DNA of 64,000 bases from Alphaproteobacteria bacterium (GCA_964291415.2 OZ219917.1:1024001-1088000), one strand, 5' to 3'; shown: positions 31,244 to 41,602, counted from the stretch's first letter. Notes: generated from the letters alone by a model not told the origin. Translations and numbers: made by a program.

Positions 31244-32098
31244 TCAACCGTGTTCGGCGATGAGCGAGGCGAGAAATGCGTTGACGGTCCGCGGAGCATG
31301 GCGGTTGAGCGACACGTGTCCGAGACCGGGTAGTTCGTGGTAGTGGCCGTGTCGCGCCGCCTCGGCCACGCGCCGGACGAGGCGCGGCGGCGTCTGGATA
31401 TCCTCCGAGAAGGCAACCGCATGAATGGGCACGGGACAGTCGGCGAGGGCGGCCGTCACGTCGTAGTCAAGGCACGCCTGCCATTGGGCGACCAGCATCT
31501 GCGGGTCACGGTCGGCGAAACGGGGCGTGTAGGCAGCCTTGATCCGTTCCCACAGGGCATCGTCCTCCAGGGCATTCGCAGGATAGGCGAAGGCAGCGTA
31601 GTGGCAGGCGGCAAAGTCAGCAGGCATGGCCAGGGTGCCGTTGATCCGGGCCTGAATTTCCGCCGCCATCCAGTCGCGCGTGAAGCCGGTTATTCTGGCC
31701 GACGTCCCCATGACGATGGCAAGACGGACCAGATGGGGGTGATCGATGGCGACCTGCTGGGTAATGAGCGAACCCATGGACAGTCCGGCAAGGATGACGG
31801 GTGGCGAACAGAAGGCCTCGATGATGCCGGCGCAGTCGTCACCGAACTGCTTCATCGACCAGGGTGGCGGCGTGCTCGTGGTCTCCCCCGCGCCACGTGG
31901 ATCGTAGGCCGTCGATCTGAGGTCATGGCAGAAGAACTCGAACTGCTCGGCCCAGTAATGTGCCGGACTGTCCCCTCCGGGAACCCAGACGATGTCGGGT
32001 CCGCTGCCGCCCTGCAGCACCCGGAACCGCGCATCCGCCGTCTCGTGGAACCGCACACTGGCCATGTCGGCAAACGTCGTCATCCGCAACGCCTCCAC
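31244..32098 (-). CDS. Alpha/beta fold hydrolase
   Basis: YDPRGAGET, GLSMG nucleophile, D..TPP and GLGH. Confidence 0.88.
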   Translation of the reverse strand: MEALRMTTFADMASVRFHETADARFRVLQGGSGPDIVWVPGGDSPAHYWAEQFEFFCHDLRSTAYDPRGAGETTSTPPPWSMKQFGDDCAGIIEAFCSPPVILAGLSMGSLITQQVAIDHPHLVRLAIVMGTSARITGFTRDWMAAEIQARINGTLAMPADFAACHYAAFAYPANALEDDALWERIKAAYTPRFADRDPQMLVAQWQACLDYDVTAALADCPVPIHAVAFSEDIQTPPRLVRRVAEAARHGHYHELPGLGHVSLNRHAPRTVNAFLASLIAEHG

Positions 32099-32336
32099 CG
32101 TGATGGCTGCGGACGGTAGAAGGCCCGGTTCTCTCCGGCAACCGAAAGACGGGTGAGCCGCCCACCTGGTGCTGTCGGCCAGTCTGACCTGCGATCAGGC
32201 GAACGCCCCAAAGCAATCCCTGCGGCGTAACCTCGGAGTGACCGCCCGGGGTGGACCCCTCTGGAGCGCGCACCGGATCGACTGGCAGTGTTCCGGTGCG
32301 CAAAGGCCGGTCGAACCTGGCGTCAACCCGCCGGGT

Positions 32337-32753
32337 TCAACTCCAGGGGTTGATCACTTCGGCGCCCATGTCAAGAAAGGGGGCCGTGTCGCGGGTGGCG
32401 ACGTGGAACCCGGCGGCGACTGCGATTGCCGCGATCGCCGCGTCGGCGAATCCGACCCGCCGACCGTTGCGCTGGGCGGTCGCCGCCCGGTCCGCGAAAG
32501 CCCGAACCGCCGGTTCGTCGAGGTGCTTGATTCGGCCCCTGAACACCCGGTCCACAGTTTCATCGATGCCGTTCTCGAGAATTTGCCGACGCGCGCCCGG
32601 CGCCAACAGGGCAGCGCCGAACCGGAGTTCCATGACGGTGATCACCGACAGCCAGAGCGACTCCAGATCCTGTTGGTTCAACCATTCCATGACTCCTGGA
32701 TCCGGTTCCGGTCTCATGGTTTCAGAGACCACGTTCGTGTCCAGCAGGATCAT
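32337..32753 (-). CDS. vapC: VapC/FitB PIN-domain toxin
   Basis: ILLDTNVVSE, IT..EL..G, D..IAAIA, ATRD..PF and INPW. Confidence 0.93.
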   Translation of the reverse strand: MILLDTNVVSETMRPEPDPGVMEWLNQQDLESLWLSVITVMELRFGAALLAPGARRQILENGIDETVDRVFRGRIKHLDEPAVRAFADRAATAQRNGRRVGFADAAIAAIAVAAGFHVATRDTAPFLDMGAEVINPWS

Positions 32754-32989
32754 TCGAACGAAGCCGGGTCGATCGGTGCACGATCGCGCTCAAAAGATAC
32801 GTCAGCGAAGTGGGCGTCCTTCCAGATGGACCGGAGCAGGTCGCCCGGGCGCGCGCGGTCGGCGGGGAACAGCCCGCGCCGCAGGATGTTCCTCGCCAGC
32901 GCCTCGGCGCTCTTCCCCTCGGCCCGGGCCTGTGCTTTCAGCGCCCGGTGGACCTCGTCGGGGATTTGCCGGATGGTGATTTGCGCCAT
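32750..32989 (-). CDS. FitA-like ribbon-helix-helix antitoxin
   Basis: MAQITIRQIPDEVHRALK..A...G.S.EA..R.IL, AAGGAG RBS, ATGA overlap with the toxin. Confidence 0.88.
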   Translation of the reverse strand: MAQITIRQIPDEVHRALKAQARAEGKSAEALARNILRRGLFPADRARPGDLLRSIWKDAHFADVSFERDRAPIDPASFE

Positions 32990-33028
32990 GGCTGACTCCT
33001 TGGTGGCAAACCAGAAGCGTCGCCCAAG

Positions 33029-33055
33029 TGATAGCACTCGTTGAATTTGCTATCA
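33029..33055. promoter_or_regulatory. Antitoxin operator inverted repeat
   Basis: TGATAGCA-N11-TGCTATCA, a perfect 8-bp IR 40 bp upstream of the antitoxin. Same half-site as the known FitAB operator. Confidence 0.65.
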
Positions 33056-33331
33056 AGTACGGATTTGCAGCCGCAATGCTGAGTAGGCGAAAGGCATGCC
33101 CCCCTGTGAAGCCCCTCACATTGCCCGAGAATCTTGAGCACATCGGACCGATGTGTTGACTGCATGGAGGTCCGTCAACTTTCATGTGCAAGTCCCTGTT
33201 CATTCACGTGCGGTTCACATCAACTGTCGCAGGTTAAGAAGGCTCCGGCTCTCCGCGGCAACCGCTTGGACTTCCGCCGGGCCCGGCGATAGAGTGCCGC
33301 TCCGCAACGCATCCCGGGAGGACTGAGTGCC

Positions 33332-34636
33332 ATGGTCGCCGTATCGAAGATCGCCCGCGAGAAGGGTATCAGGTACTTCCTGATCAGCTTTTCGGACCTT
33401 GCTGGGGTGGCTCGCTCCAAGCTGGTGCCGGCCGCCGCGATCGATGGCATGGTGGCCGACGGCGCCGGGTTCGCCGGGTTCGCCACTCACCTCGACATGA
33501 CGCCGGCACATCCGGACATGTTTGCCGTGCCCGATCCCGGGTCTCTCATCCAGCTCCCCTGGAAGCCGGAGGTCGGCTGGATGGCGGGCAACCTCATGAT
33601 GGACGGCAACGAGGTCGACCATGGTCCGCGCAACGTGTTGCGGCGCATGATTGCGCGTGCCGGGGATCAGGGCATGCGGTTCCGGACCGGTGTGGAGTGC
33701 GAGTTCCACCTGATCAACGCCGACGGCAGCGACATCCACGATTCCCGCGACATCATGGACAAGCCTTGCTACGACCAGCAGGCGCTCATGCGCCGCTATG
33801 ACGTCATCGCCGAAATCTGCGACGCCATGCTGTCGCTGGGCTGGGGTCCCTACCAGAACGACCACGAAGACGCCAACGGCCAGTTCGAGATGAACTGGGA
33901 CTACGACGACGTCCTGGTGACCGCCGACCGCCACACTTTCTTCAAGTTCATGGTGAAATCGATCGCCGAGAACCACGGGCTGCGAGCCACGTTCATGCCC
34001 AAGCCGTTCTCGAACATCACCGGAAACGGCTGTCATACCCATGCCAGCATGTGGGATTCAGGGGGCGACACCAACCTGTTCCACGATCCGGACGGGGAAC
34101 TCGGCATCTCCCGGATGGGCTACCACTTCCTCGGGGGCGTGCTCAAGCATGCGCGGGCGCTGACCGCGATCTTCAATCCGGTGGTCAACAGCTACAAGCG
34201 GATCAACGCCCAGGTCACGGCATCGGGAGCGACATGGTCGCCCAACACGGTCTCCTACACGGGCAACAACCGCACGCACATGGTGCGGATTCCCGACGAG
34301 GGGCGGTTCGAGTTCCGCCTGATGGACGGGGCGACCAACCCCTATCTCGCCCAGGCCGCCCTGCTCGCCGCCGGACTTGACGGCATTGCCGGCGAGGTGG
34401 ATCCCGGCAAGCGTCTTGATGTCAACATGTACGAGACCGATCCCGAATCGCTGGATGTCGAGCGCCTGCCGCTCAATCTCCTCGACGCGGTTCGGGTGGC
34501 CGAATCCAACACGATGCTGCGTGACTACCTCGGCGACGAGACCGTCAATGCCTTCCTGTCCATGAAGAAGCGGGAATGGCTCGACTACACGCGTCACCTG
34601 ACCCAGTGGGAGCGCGACCACACCCTCGATTGCTGA
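33332..34636 (+). CDS. glnT: Type III glutamine synthetase / gamma-glutamylmethylamide synthetase (GmaS)
   Basis: YFLISF.DL.G..R.KLVP, GAGFAGFA, YQNDHEDANGQFEMNW, TFMPKPF, SGATWSP, NNRTH.VR and WER..TLDC. Confidence 0.9.
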   Translation: MVAVSKIAREKGIRYFLISFSDLAGVARSKLVPAAAIDGMVADGAGFAGFATHLDMTPAHPDMFAVPDPGSLIQLPWKPEVGWMAGNLMMDGNEVDHGPRNVLRRMIARAGDQGMRFRTGVECEFHLINADGSDIHDSRDIMDKPCYDQQALMRRYDVIAEICDAMLSLGWGPYQNDHEDANGQFEMNWDYDDVLVTADRHTFFKFMVKSIAENHGLRATFMPKPFSNITGNGCHTHASMWDSGGDTNLFHDPDGELGISRMGYHFLGGVLKHARALTAIFNPVVNSYKRINAQVTASGATWSPNTVSYTGNNRTHMVRIPDEGRFEFRLMDGATNPYLAQAALLAAGLDGIAGEVDPGKRLDVNMYETDPESLDVERLPLNLLDAVRVAESNTMLRDYLGDETVNAFLSMKKREWLDYTRHLTQWERDHTLDC

Positions 34637-34678
34637 ACGCGCCTCCCTCCCGTTCCCCTGACGAGGGAGTGTGAACCG

Positions 34679-35590
34679 GTGATTGTCGTCTTCGGCTCGC
34701 TCAACATGGACTTCATTCTTCAGGTGGAGCACCTGCCGGAGCCGGGGGAGACCGTGCTGACACCGGAACACGCCACGGCCCCTGGCGGCAAGGGAGCGAA
34801 TCAGGCCGTGGCCGCCGCCCGCGCCGGTGGAGACGTGGCCATGGCGGGCTGTGTCGGGCCGGACGAGTTTGGACGCGAACTGATCGCCGTCATGACCGGC
34901 GAAGGCATCGACATGACTCTTGTCGCCACGGCGACACGGCCGACGGCGCTGGCAATTGTCACGGTCGATCACGAAGGCGCCAACCAGATTGTCGTATCGA
35001 GCGGGGCCAACCGCGAGGCCCGGCAGGCATGTGTCGGGGATGGTGTGCTGAACGCCGCGACGACCCTGCTGCTGCAGCGTGAAGTGCCGGTTGACGAGTG
35101 CGTCGCCCTGGCCCGCCGGGCCCGGGACGCAGGTATGCGTGTCATTCTCAATGCCGCACCGGCGGGTCCGGTTGATTGCGATGCGCTTGATTTCCTGATC
35201 GTCAACGAGGTCGAGGCGGCAGCCGTGGCGAGGGAAACGGGCCTGGACGGCATGGCGCCGGTCGATCTTGCACACCACCTGGCGAGTCGCGATGGCGTGA
35301 CGACCGTGGTGACACTGGGTGAGCGCGGTGCAGTCGCCGTTGGCCCCGGAGAGACCTGGAGAATCGGCAGTCTCGCGATCCGGCCGGTTGACACCGTCGG
35401 GGCCGGTGACGCCTTTTGCGGCACCCTCGCCGCGGCTCTCGACATGGACATGCCGCTCCCCCGGGCCTTGCGCCGTGCCTGCGTCGCCGGCGCCCTTGCC
35501 TGTCTGGAACCGGGTGCCATGCCGGCACTGCCGCGTTCCGGGGCGATTGATGCCCGCCTGGAGGAACTGGCGCCGGCGGTTGCCGTGTGA
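34679..35590 (+). CDS. rbsK: Ribokinase (PfkB family)
   Basis: FGSLNMD, PGGKGANQAVAAAR, NE.EA, TLG..G and DTVGAGDAF. Confidence 0.9.
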   Translation: MIVVFGSLNMDFILQVEHLPEPGETVLTPEHATAPGGKGANQAVAAARAGGDVAMAGCVGPDEFGRELIAVMTGEGIDMTLVATATRPTALAIVTVDHEGANQIVVSSGANREARQACVGDGVLNAATTLLLQREVPVDECVALARRARDAGMRVILNAAPAGPVDCDALDFLIVNEVEAAAVARETGLDGMAPVDLAHHLASRDGVTTVVTLGERGAVAVGPGETWRIGSLAIRPVDTVGAGDAFCGTLAAALDMDMPLPRALRRACVAGALACLEPGAMPALPRSGAIDARLEELAPAVAV

Positions 35591-36912
35591 TGGCCGGCCC
35601 GCCGGCTGACCGGCGACGAGCCGGCCTCCCGCGGCTGGTGGCTCTTGATGCCATCGTGGCATGTCTCGAGGACCGGTGTCCGCTCGATCGTGCGCTGGAG
35701 CGGGACAGGCGGTTCGACCTCCTCGAATTCCGCGACCGTGCGCTGGTTCATACAGTGACCACGGAGACCTGCCGCCGACTGGGCCAGATCGATGCGCTGA
35801 TCGCCGCCAGCCTCGAGCGCCCGCTGCCGGCGCGCGCGCGCAACGTGCGCGCCATCCTGCGCCTTGGCATTGCCCAACTTCTGTTTCTCGGATTTGCGCC
35901 CCATGCTGCCATCGACAGTTCGGTACGCCTTGCCCACGCCCGCGCCAAGGGCATGGCGCCTCTCGTCAACGCGGTTCTTCGGAGACTGCAGAGAGACGGA
36001 ACGAATATGGTCGCCAGTCAGGATCCACCGGCGTTGAACACTCCTTCCTGGCTCTACCGGTCATGGCTGGACGCCTGGGGAGGCACGACCGCGTCCGCCA
36101 TTGCAAAGGCGAACCTGGACCGTCCGGAGCTCGATGTCACCGTGGTGGACGATGCTGAAGCATGGGCGACACGGCTGGGCGGGCGCATCCTTTCGACCGG
36201 CAGCATCAGGGTACCTTCAGGCGGCGCCGTCAGGGATCTTCCCGGGTTTGAATGCGGACGCTGGTGGGTCCAGGACACGGCGGCCTCGTTTCCGGCCCGC
36301 CTGCTTGGCGACGTTGCCGGAAAGCGGGTTCTTGACCTGTGTGCGGCGCCGGGCGGCAAGACGGCGCAGCTTGCGCTCGCCGGGGCCCGTGTCACGGCTG
36401 TCGATATCTCCGGGCCACGCATGGAAAGATTGCAGGCCAACATGGAGCGCCTCGGCTGCACCATCGAGACCCGTATCGCAGATGCCTCCACCTGGCGTTC
36501 GGCGACGCCGTTCGACGCCGTGCTGCTCGATGCGCCGTGCAGTGGCACCGGCACCATACGGCGGCATCCTGACATACCGTGGATCAGGAACCGGGAGGAC
36601 GTCCGCCGTCTCGCCCGCCTGCAGCGGCAGATGATTGCCAATGCCCTCGCCAACCTTTCACGGCAGGGGGTCCTCGTCTACGCGGTATGTTCCCTGGAGC
36701 CGGAGGAAGGCGAAGCCCACCTGCGTGACCTGGAGCCGGGCTGCCACATCGATGCCGTCCATCCCGACGAGGTTCCCGGCCTGGCGGAGGCCCTGACTGA
36801 GGAGGGATGCCTGAGGATTCTGCCCACGCACCTCGCCCACGAGGGGGGGCTTGACGGCTTTTTCGTCATGCGCTTGCGACAGTCGGGTGAAGCTGGTACC
36901 TCAATCGTGTGA
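35587..36912 (+). CDS. rsmB: 16S rRNA m5C967 methyltransferase (NusB + RsmB/NOP)
   Basis: VNAVLR, WWVQD, DLCAAPGGKT, LDAPCSGTG..RRHPD, Y..CSL...EGE and DGFF. Confidence 0.93.
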   Translation: MMAGPPADRRRAGLPRLVALDAIVACLEDRCPLDRALERDRRFDLLEFRDRALVHTVTTETCRRLGQIDALIAASLERPLPARARNVRAILRLGIAQLLFLGFAPHAAIDSSVRLAHARAKGMAPLVNAVLRRLQRDGTNMVASQDPPALNTPSWLYRSWLDAWGGTTASAIAKANLDRPELDVTVVDDAEAWATRLGGRILSTGSIRVPSGGAVRDLPGFECGRWWVQDTAASFPARLLGDVAGKRVLDLCAAPGGKTAQLALAGARVTAVDISGPRMERLQANMERLGCTIETRIADASTWRSATPFDAVLLDAPCSGTGTIRRHPDIPWIRNREDVRRLARLQRQMIANALANLSRQGVLVYAVCSLEPEEGEAHLRDLEPGCHIDAVHPDEVPGLAEALTEEGCLRILPTHLAHEGGLDGFFVMRLRQSGEAGTSIV

Positions 36913-37568
36913 AGCAGTCTCTCCGCATTGCTCCTTCCATCCTGTCGGCCGACTTTTCCAGGCTCGGCCAGGAAATCCGCGCCATTGACGATGCCGGGTG
37001 TGACCGTATCCACATCGACGTGATGGACGGTCACTTCGTGCCCAACCTGACACTGGGCGCTCCGATCATCGCGGCGTTGCGGGGATGCAGCACGAAGCCC
37101 TTCGACGTTCACCTGATGGTGAGCGCTCCTGATCATCTCATCGGGGATTTCATCAGTGCCGGCAGCGACATGGTGACCGTGCATGTCGAGGCGTCTCCGC
37201 ATGTCCATCGCACGCTGCAGGTCATCCGCGACTCAGGCATCAGTGCCGGTGTTTCCCTCAATCCCCAGACTCCCGCCGTTGCCGTCGCATCGCTCCTCGA
37301 TCAGGTTGATCTCATCCTTGTCATGACCGTCAATCCGGGATACGCCGGACAGACGTTCATCAAGGGTGTCCTGCCGAAGATCGCGGAACTGAGGGCGATG
37401 ATTGACACCGGGGGACATGACATCGATCTCGTGGTCGACGGTGGCATCACTCCAGCCACCGCGCGCCTCGCTGTGGCGGCCGGCGCCGACGTCCTGGTGG
37501 CCGGCACGGCCGTCTTTTCCGGCGGTCCCGAACTCTATGCCGACAACATCCAGGCGCTCCGGGTCTAG
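36909..37568 (+). CDS. rpe: Ribulose-phosphate 3-epimerase
   Basis: IAPSILSADF, HIDVMDGHFVPN, DVHLM, MTVNPG, VDGGI and VAGTAVF. Confidence 0.96.
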   Translation: MKQSLRIAPSILSADFSRLGQEIRAIDDAGCDRIHIDVMDGHFVPNLTLGAPIIAALRGCSTKPFDVHLMVSAPDHLIGDFISAGSDMVTVHVEASPHVHRTLQVIRDSGISAGVSLNPQTPAVAVASLLDQVDLILVMTVNPGYAGQTFIKGVLPKIAELRAMIDTGGHDIDLVVDGGITPATARLAVAAGADVLVAGTAVFSGGPELYADNIQALRV

Positions 37569-37570
37569 CG

Positions 37571-39268
37571 GTGGTGCATCAGGCGAGTGAACCACGTTTC
37601 GTGTCCGATCCGCTGGAAGGCCTTCGTTCCGCCCTCTTTACCAGCCGGCTCTATCGCTTCTTTCTGGCGCGGGAAGTACCGGACAATCTTCTGCAGAGCC
37701 TCAACGATCCGTGGCCAGGAGATGCCGGAAGGGGTCACGCCATCAGCGAGGGGCACTGGAAACTGGCAAACCAGACATTCGTCTTCGATCACCGGCTGGG
37801 GCCGCCCGAATGGTATCCTCCGGGAGCCTGGAACGGCTGGCTCGAGGAACTGCACGGCTTCACATGGTTGCGTGACCTCCAGGAAGCGGGAGGGCACGCC
37901 CGCCAGATCGCCCAGACCGCCCTCGCCGGGTGGATGTCGGATTGCGGGTCCTGGAACCGCTTTGCCTGGCGTCCCGACATTCTGGGACGGCGCCTTGCCT
38001 CGTGGCTGACACACCACGGATTTCTCATCGGCGATGCCGATCCCCGGTTCCGCCAGCAGTTCTTCAGGAGCCTCACGGAACAGACGCGGCACCTTGCCCG
38101 CGTGGCGACGCGCGGTTCTCCGGGCCTGGGCAGGATCGCGGTTCTGCGTGCCCTCATCTTCGCCGGGATCACCCTGCCGGGGTCGGCGCGGCGCATGCCC
38201 CAGGTCATGCGCCTGCTCAAGCAGGAACTGGATCACCAGATGTTGCCGGATGGCGGCCAGCGAGAACGCAATCCCAGCATCCAGTATCTCCTGCTGCGCG
38301 ATCTCGTGGACATTCGCCTGGCCTTGATCCAGGGCCGCCAGCCTGTTCCCGGCTGGCTCCAGCAGACCATCGATCGTGCCGCTCCGATGCTCCGTTTCTA
38401 TCGACACGGAGATGGCGGACTGGCGCTGTTCAACGGGTCACGGGAGGAATCGCCCCATCTGATCGACAATGTGCTGGCCATCGGTCAGGCCACCGGACGG
38501 CCGTTGCGGCGCACACCGTACACGGGCTTCGAACGTCTCGAAGCGGGCAGCACCGTCGTTCTCGTCGATGCAGCCTGGCCACCGGCGGCCGAATGGACCG
38601 CACGGGCCCATGCCGCCCCCCTTGCCTTCGAGATGAGCTACGGCAGGGAACGGCTGATAGTCTCGATGGGCTCCTGGCATGGCCCGGACAGCGACTGGCA
38701 ACAGGCTGCCCGCGAGACCGCGGCCCACTCGACCATCACGGTGGACGATCGAAGCCTGGCGGAGTTCAGAAAGGATGGATGCCTCGGCCGGGGACCGCGC
38801 GACGTGAGGGTGGAGCGACGCGAACAGCAGGGCAATGCAACCCTCGTCATGAGTCAAGATGGCTATCATGCGCCGTTCCGCCTGACCCATCACCGCACGC
38901 TCGCCCTCGCTGCAGATGGCCATGTGCTGAAGGGAGAGGATGTTCTCGACGGTCCTGGCGGTGAACGGTTTTCGCTGCGCTTCCACCTTCACCCGGATGT
39001 CCGGGCAGCGGTCGTGCACGACAGCCAGAGTGTTCTCCTGAGTCCGAAGTCCGGCAAGGGATGGCGGTTGAGCGTCAGGGGTGGTGTTCTGGAACTGGTG
39101 GGCAGTGTCTACCTGGGCTCGGGCGCCATGCGAGCGTCCCAGCAGGTGGTGGTATCCCGGGGACTGAATGGGGTCAGGAACGTCATCACGTGGGAACTCG
39201 AACGCATCGAGTCGAGACCGAAAAGGAAACGGAAGCGTTCGCACGGTGAAGAGCTGGCTCTCGTTTGA
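37571..39268 (+). CDS. Heparinase II/III-like protein (conserved alphaproteobacterial gene)
   Basis: LHGF.WLRDL, DGG..ERNP, HGDGGLALFNG, HA.PLAFE.S, TAAHST and RFHLHP. Usual neighbour of rsmB/rpe. Confidence 0.85.
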   Translation: MVHQASEPRFVSDPLEGLRSALFTSRLYRFFLAREVPDNLLQSLNDPWPGDAGRGHAISEGHWKLANQTFVFDHRLGPPEWYPPGAWNGWLEELHGFTWLRDLQEAGGHARQIAQTALAGWMSDCGSWNRFAWRPDILGRRLASWLTHHGFLIGDADPRFRQQFFRSLTEQTRHLARVATRGSPGLGRIAVLRALIFAGITLPGSARRMPQVMRLLKQELDHQMLPDGGQRERNPSIQYLLLRDLVDIRLALIQGRQPVPGWLQQTIDRAAPMLRFYRHGDGGLALFNGSREESPHLIDNVLAIGQATGRPLRRTPYTGFERLEAGSTVVLVDAAWPPAAEWTARAHAAPLAFEMSYGRERLIVSMGSWHGPDSDWQQAARETAAHSTITVDDRSLAEFRKDGCLGRGPRDVRVERREQQGNATLVMSQDGYHAPFRLTHHRTLALAADGHVLKGEDVLDGPGGERFSLRFHLHPDVRAAVVHDSQSVLLSPKSGKGWRLSVRGGVLELVGSVYLGSGAMRASQQVVVSRGLNGVRNVITWELERIESRPKRKRKRSHGEELALV

Positions 39269-39305
39269 CGGCGGCGGCCCACCGCGAATCGCCGGGCGAA
39301 CACAT

Positions 39306-39400
39306 GGAGGGGGATCGGTTCCGGTGGACCGCCCGGTCTTCAAAACCGGTGAGGGGCGCAAGGCGTGCCTGGTGGGTTCGACTCCCGCCCCCTTCCGCCA
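39306..39400 (+). tRNA. selC: tRNA-Sec (UCA)
   Basis: 95 nt. 8-bp acceptor GGAGGGGG/CCCCTTCC, anticodon loop CTTCAAA, long variable arm, 5-bp T stem GTGGG-TTCGACT-CCCGC, G discriminator and encoded CCA. This is the bacterial 8/5 Sec fold, 12 bp before selD. Confidence 0.95.
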
Positions 39401-39412
39401 TCGCGGGGACTC

Positions 39413-41602
39413 ATGGACATCGTTCTGATCGGCGGCGGCCATGCCCATGTCGAGGTTTTGCGCAGTGCCCTCATGACACCCGTGGCCGGCGTGCGCCTCA
39501 CCCTGGTCACGCGGGATGTCGCGACGCCCTATTCTGGAATGATCCCCGGATATCTCGCGGGTCACTACACCTGGGCCGAGGCACATATCGATCTTGTGCC
39601 CCTTGCCGCGCGGGCCGGAACCCGGCTGATCCATGCTGCCGCGACCGGCCTTGATCCCGAAGCGCGCCAGGTGCACTTCGAGGACCGTCCGCCCCTTGGT
39701 TTCGATGTCGTCTCGCTCGACATCGGTTCCCGCCCGGCGAGCGATGGAATCGCCGGAGCAGGGACGCATGGTCTGCCGGTCAAGCCGGTCGACCGCTTTC
39801 TCGAACGCTGGACGGACGTGGAGGCGGCGGCATGTGCGGCCACAGGGCCCTACCGGGTGACGATGGTCGGTGGTGGTGCCGCCGGAGTCGAAGTCACCCT
39901 GGCCCTCCATCGCCGACTCACCAACCACATGGTCGAGGCCGGTTGCGATCCGGCATCGCTCGTCTTCAGGGTCGTGACCGCGGATGCGGCCTTGCTGACA
40001 GATCACGCAGCCCGCACCGGCAGACGGCTTGGCCGGGTCCTCGCCGAGGCCGGAATCGGCGTTTGTCTGAATGCGCCTGTCGTCGCGCTTGAGGATGGAG
40101 AAGTCCGTCTGGCCGACGGCTCCGTTCTGGAAAGTGATGTCACTGTCCTCGCCACCGGGGCCGCGGCGCCGGAGTGGATTCGCCGGACCGGACTAGCCGT
40201 CGACGGGAATGGGTTCGTCGCCGTTGACGGTTGCCTGCGCTCGACATCCCATGCCTGCGTGTTCGCCGTTGGTGACATCGCCAGCTTTGCACCCAGGGAG
40301 CTGCCCAAGAACGGCGTCCACGCCGTGCGCCAGGGACCGGTTCTGGACAGCACACTCAGGCGCCTTGCGGAGGGTCGGGAACCGGTTCCCTACAGACCCC
40401 AGCAACGCACGCTGGCGATTGTCTCGACCGGCAGCGGGCACGCGGTGGCTTCACGAGGACCAGTCGCGATGTCCGGGCGCTGGGCGTGGTGGTGGAAGGA
40501 TCGCATCGACCGGCGGTGGATGCGCCGCTATCAGGACTTGCCGGGGATGGCTGAAACCCATCCCATGCGGTGCGGCGGGTGCGGCGCCAAGGTGCCGTCG
40601 CGGGTTCTGGAACGGGCTTTGGCCCGACTTGATGTTCCTGCCATGCCCGGTGTCCTGGTTGGTCTCGACGCAGCCGACGACGCGGCCGTTCTCGCACCGG
40701 TCCCGGGCAGTGTGATGGTGCAGACGGTCGATCAGTTCCCGGCGTTCGTGGACGATCCCTGGCTGTTTGGCCGCATTGCGGCCGTCCACGCGCTTTCCGA
40801 TATCCACGCCATGGGAGCCGAACCTCATGCCGCCATGGCGCTCGTTGGTCTGGTGCCCGGCGATGCCGATGCCATGGAAGACGACCTGGTGCACATGCTC
40901 GAGGGGATCCTTTCGATCCTTCGCGATGAAGGCTGCGCCCTGGTGGGCGGCCATACCGGCGAGTCGGACCGTGCCGCCCTGGGTCTGGCCGTCACCGGCC
41001 ATGCCGACGAATCGGCACTCATTCACCTGTCGGGCCTCGAAGAGGGCGACGTTCTTCTGCTGACCAGGCCGCTTGGCACCGGGGCGCTGCTGGCTGCCAA
41101 CATGCGTGGCGAGGCCGAGGGTGCATGGATCGGAACAATTCTTGACGCAATGCAGCGCAGCAACGGACCGGCTGCACGCCTTCTCGCCAACGCCGGCGCC
41201 CGGTCGATGACGGACGTAACCGGCTTCGGGCTTGCCGGACACCTGTGGGATATGGCGCGGGCCTCAGGGGTCACCATCGAGATTGGCAGGGTCCCTGCCT
41301 ATGCCGGGGCGGTGGAACTCCTCGCGCGGGGCCGGACCAGCACGCTTCATCCCGGCAACGTTGCAGCGTTGAAAGGCATCCTCGATGCCGATGCGGCCGA
41401 CCCGATTCTCTTCGATCCGCAGACAGCCGGAGGGCTTGTCGCCGGCCTTCCGGAGGACAGGGCGGACGAGGCGATCGCCCTCCTGCACGAAGCTGGCGAG
41501 ACCGGCGCCGCGCTGATCGGACGGGTGACCGGTTCGGGGAGCGCCGCCCTCTCGCTCGAGCCGCGTGCTCAGCCGTCCACGTATTCGGGCACGAACATGT
41601 AG
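39413..41602 (+). CDS. selD: FAD-dependent pyridine-nucleotide-disulfide oxidoreductase fused to selenophosphate synthetase
   Basis: N-part GGGHAH, YSGMIPG, GGGAAGVE and FAVGD..K.GV.AVRQGP. C-part MRCGGCGAKV, DDAAV, QTVD, LSDI.AMG, GGHT, TDVTGFGLAGH and DPQTAGGL. Confidence 0.93.
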   Translation: MDIVLIGGGHAHVEVLRSALMTPVAGVRLTLVTRDVATPYSGMIPGYLAGHYTWAEAHIDLVPLAARAGTRLIHAAATGLDPEARQVHFEDRPPLGFDVVSLDIGSRPASDGIAGAGTHGLPVKPVDRFLERWTDVEAAACAATGPYRVTMVGGGAAGVEVTLALHRRLTNHMVEAGCDPASLVFRVVTADAALLTDHAARTGRRLGRVLAEAGIGVCLNAPVVALEDGEVRLADGSVLESDVTVLATGAAAPEWIRRTGLAVDGNGFVAVDGCLRSTSHACVFAVGDIASFAPRELPKNGVHAVRQGPVLDSTLRRLAEGREPVPYRPQQRTLAIVSTGSGHAVASRGPVAMSGRWAWWWKDRIDRRWMRRYQDLPGMAETHPMRCGGCGAKVPSRVLERALARLDVPAMPGVLVGLDAADDAAVLAPVPGSVMVQTVDQFPAFVDDPWLFGRIAAVHALSDIHAMGAEPHAAMALVGLVPGDADAMEDDLVHMLEGILSILRDEGCALVGGHTGESDRAALGLAVTGHADESALIHLSGLEEGDVLLLTRPLGTGALLAANMRGEAEGAWIGTILDAMQRSNGPAARLLANAGARSMTDVTGFGLAGHLWDMARASGVTIEIGRVPAYAGAVELLARGRTSTLHPGNVAALKGILDADAADPILFDPQTAGGLVAGLPEDRADEAIALLHEAGETGAALIGRVTGSGSAALSLEPRAQPSTYSGTNM

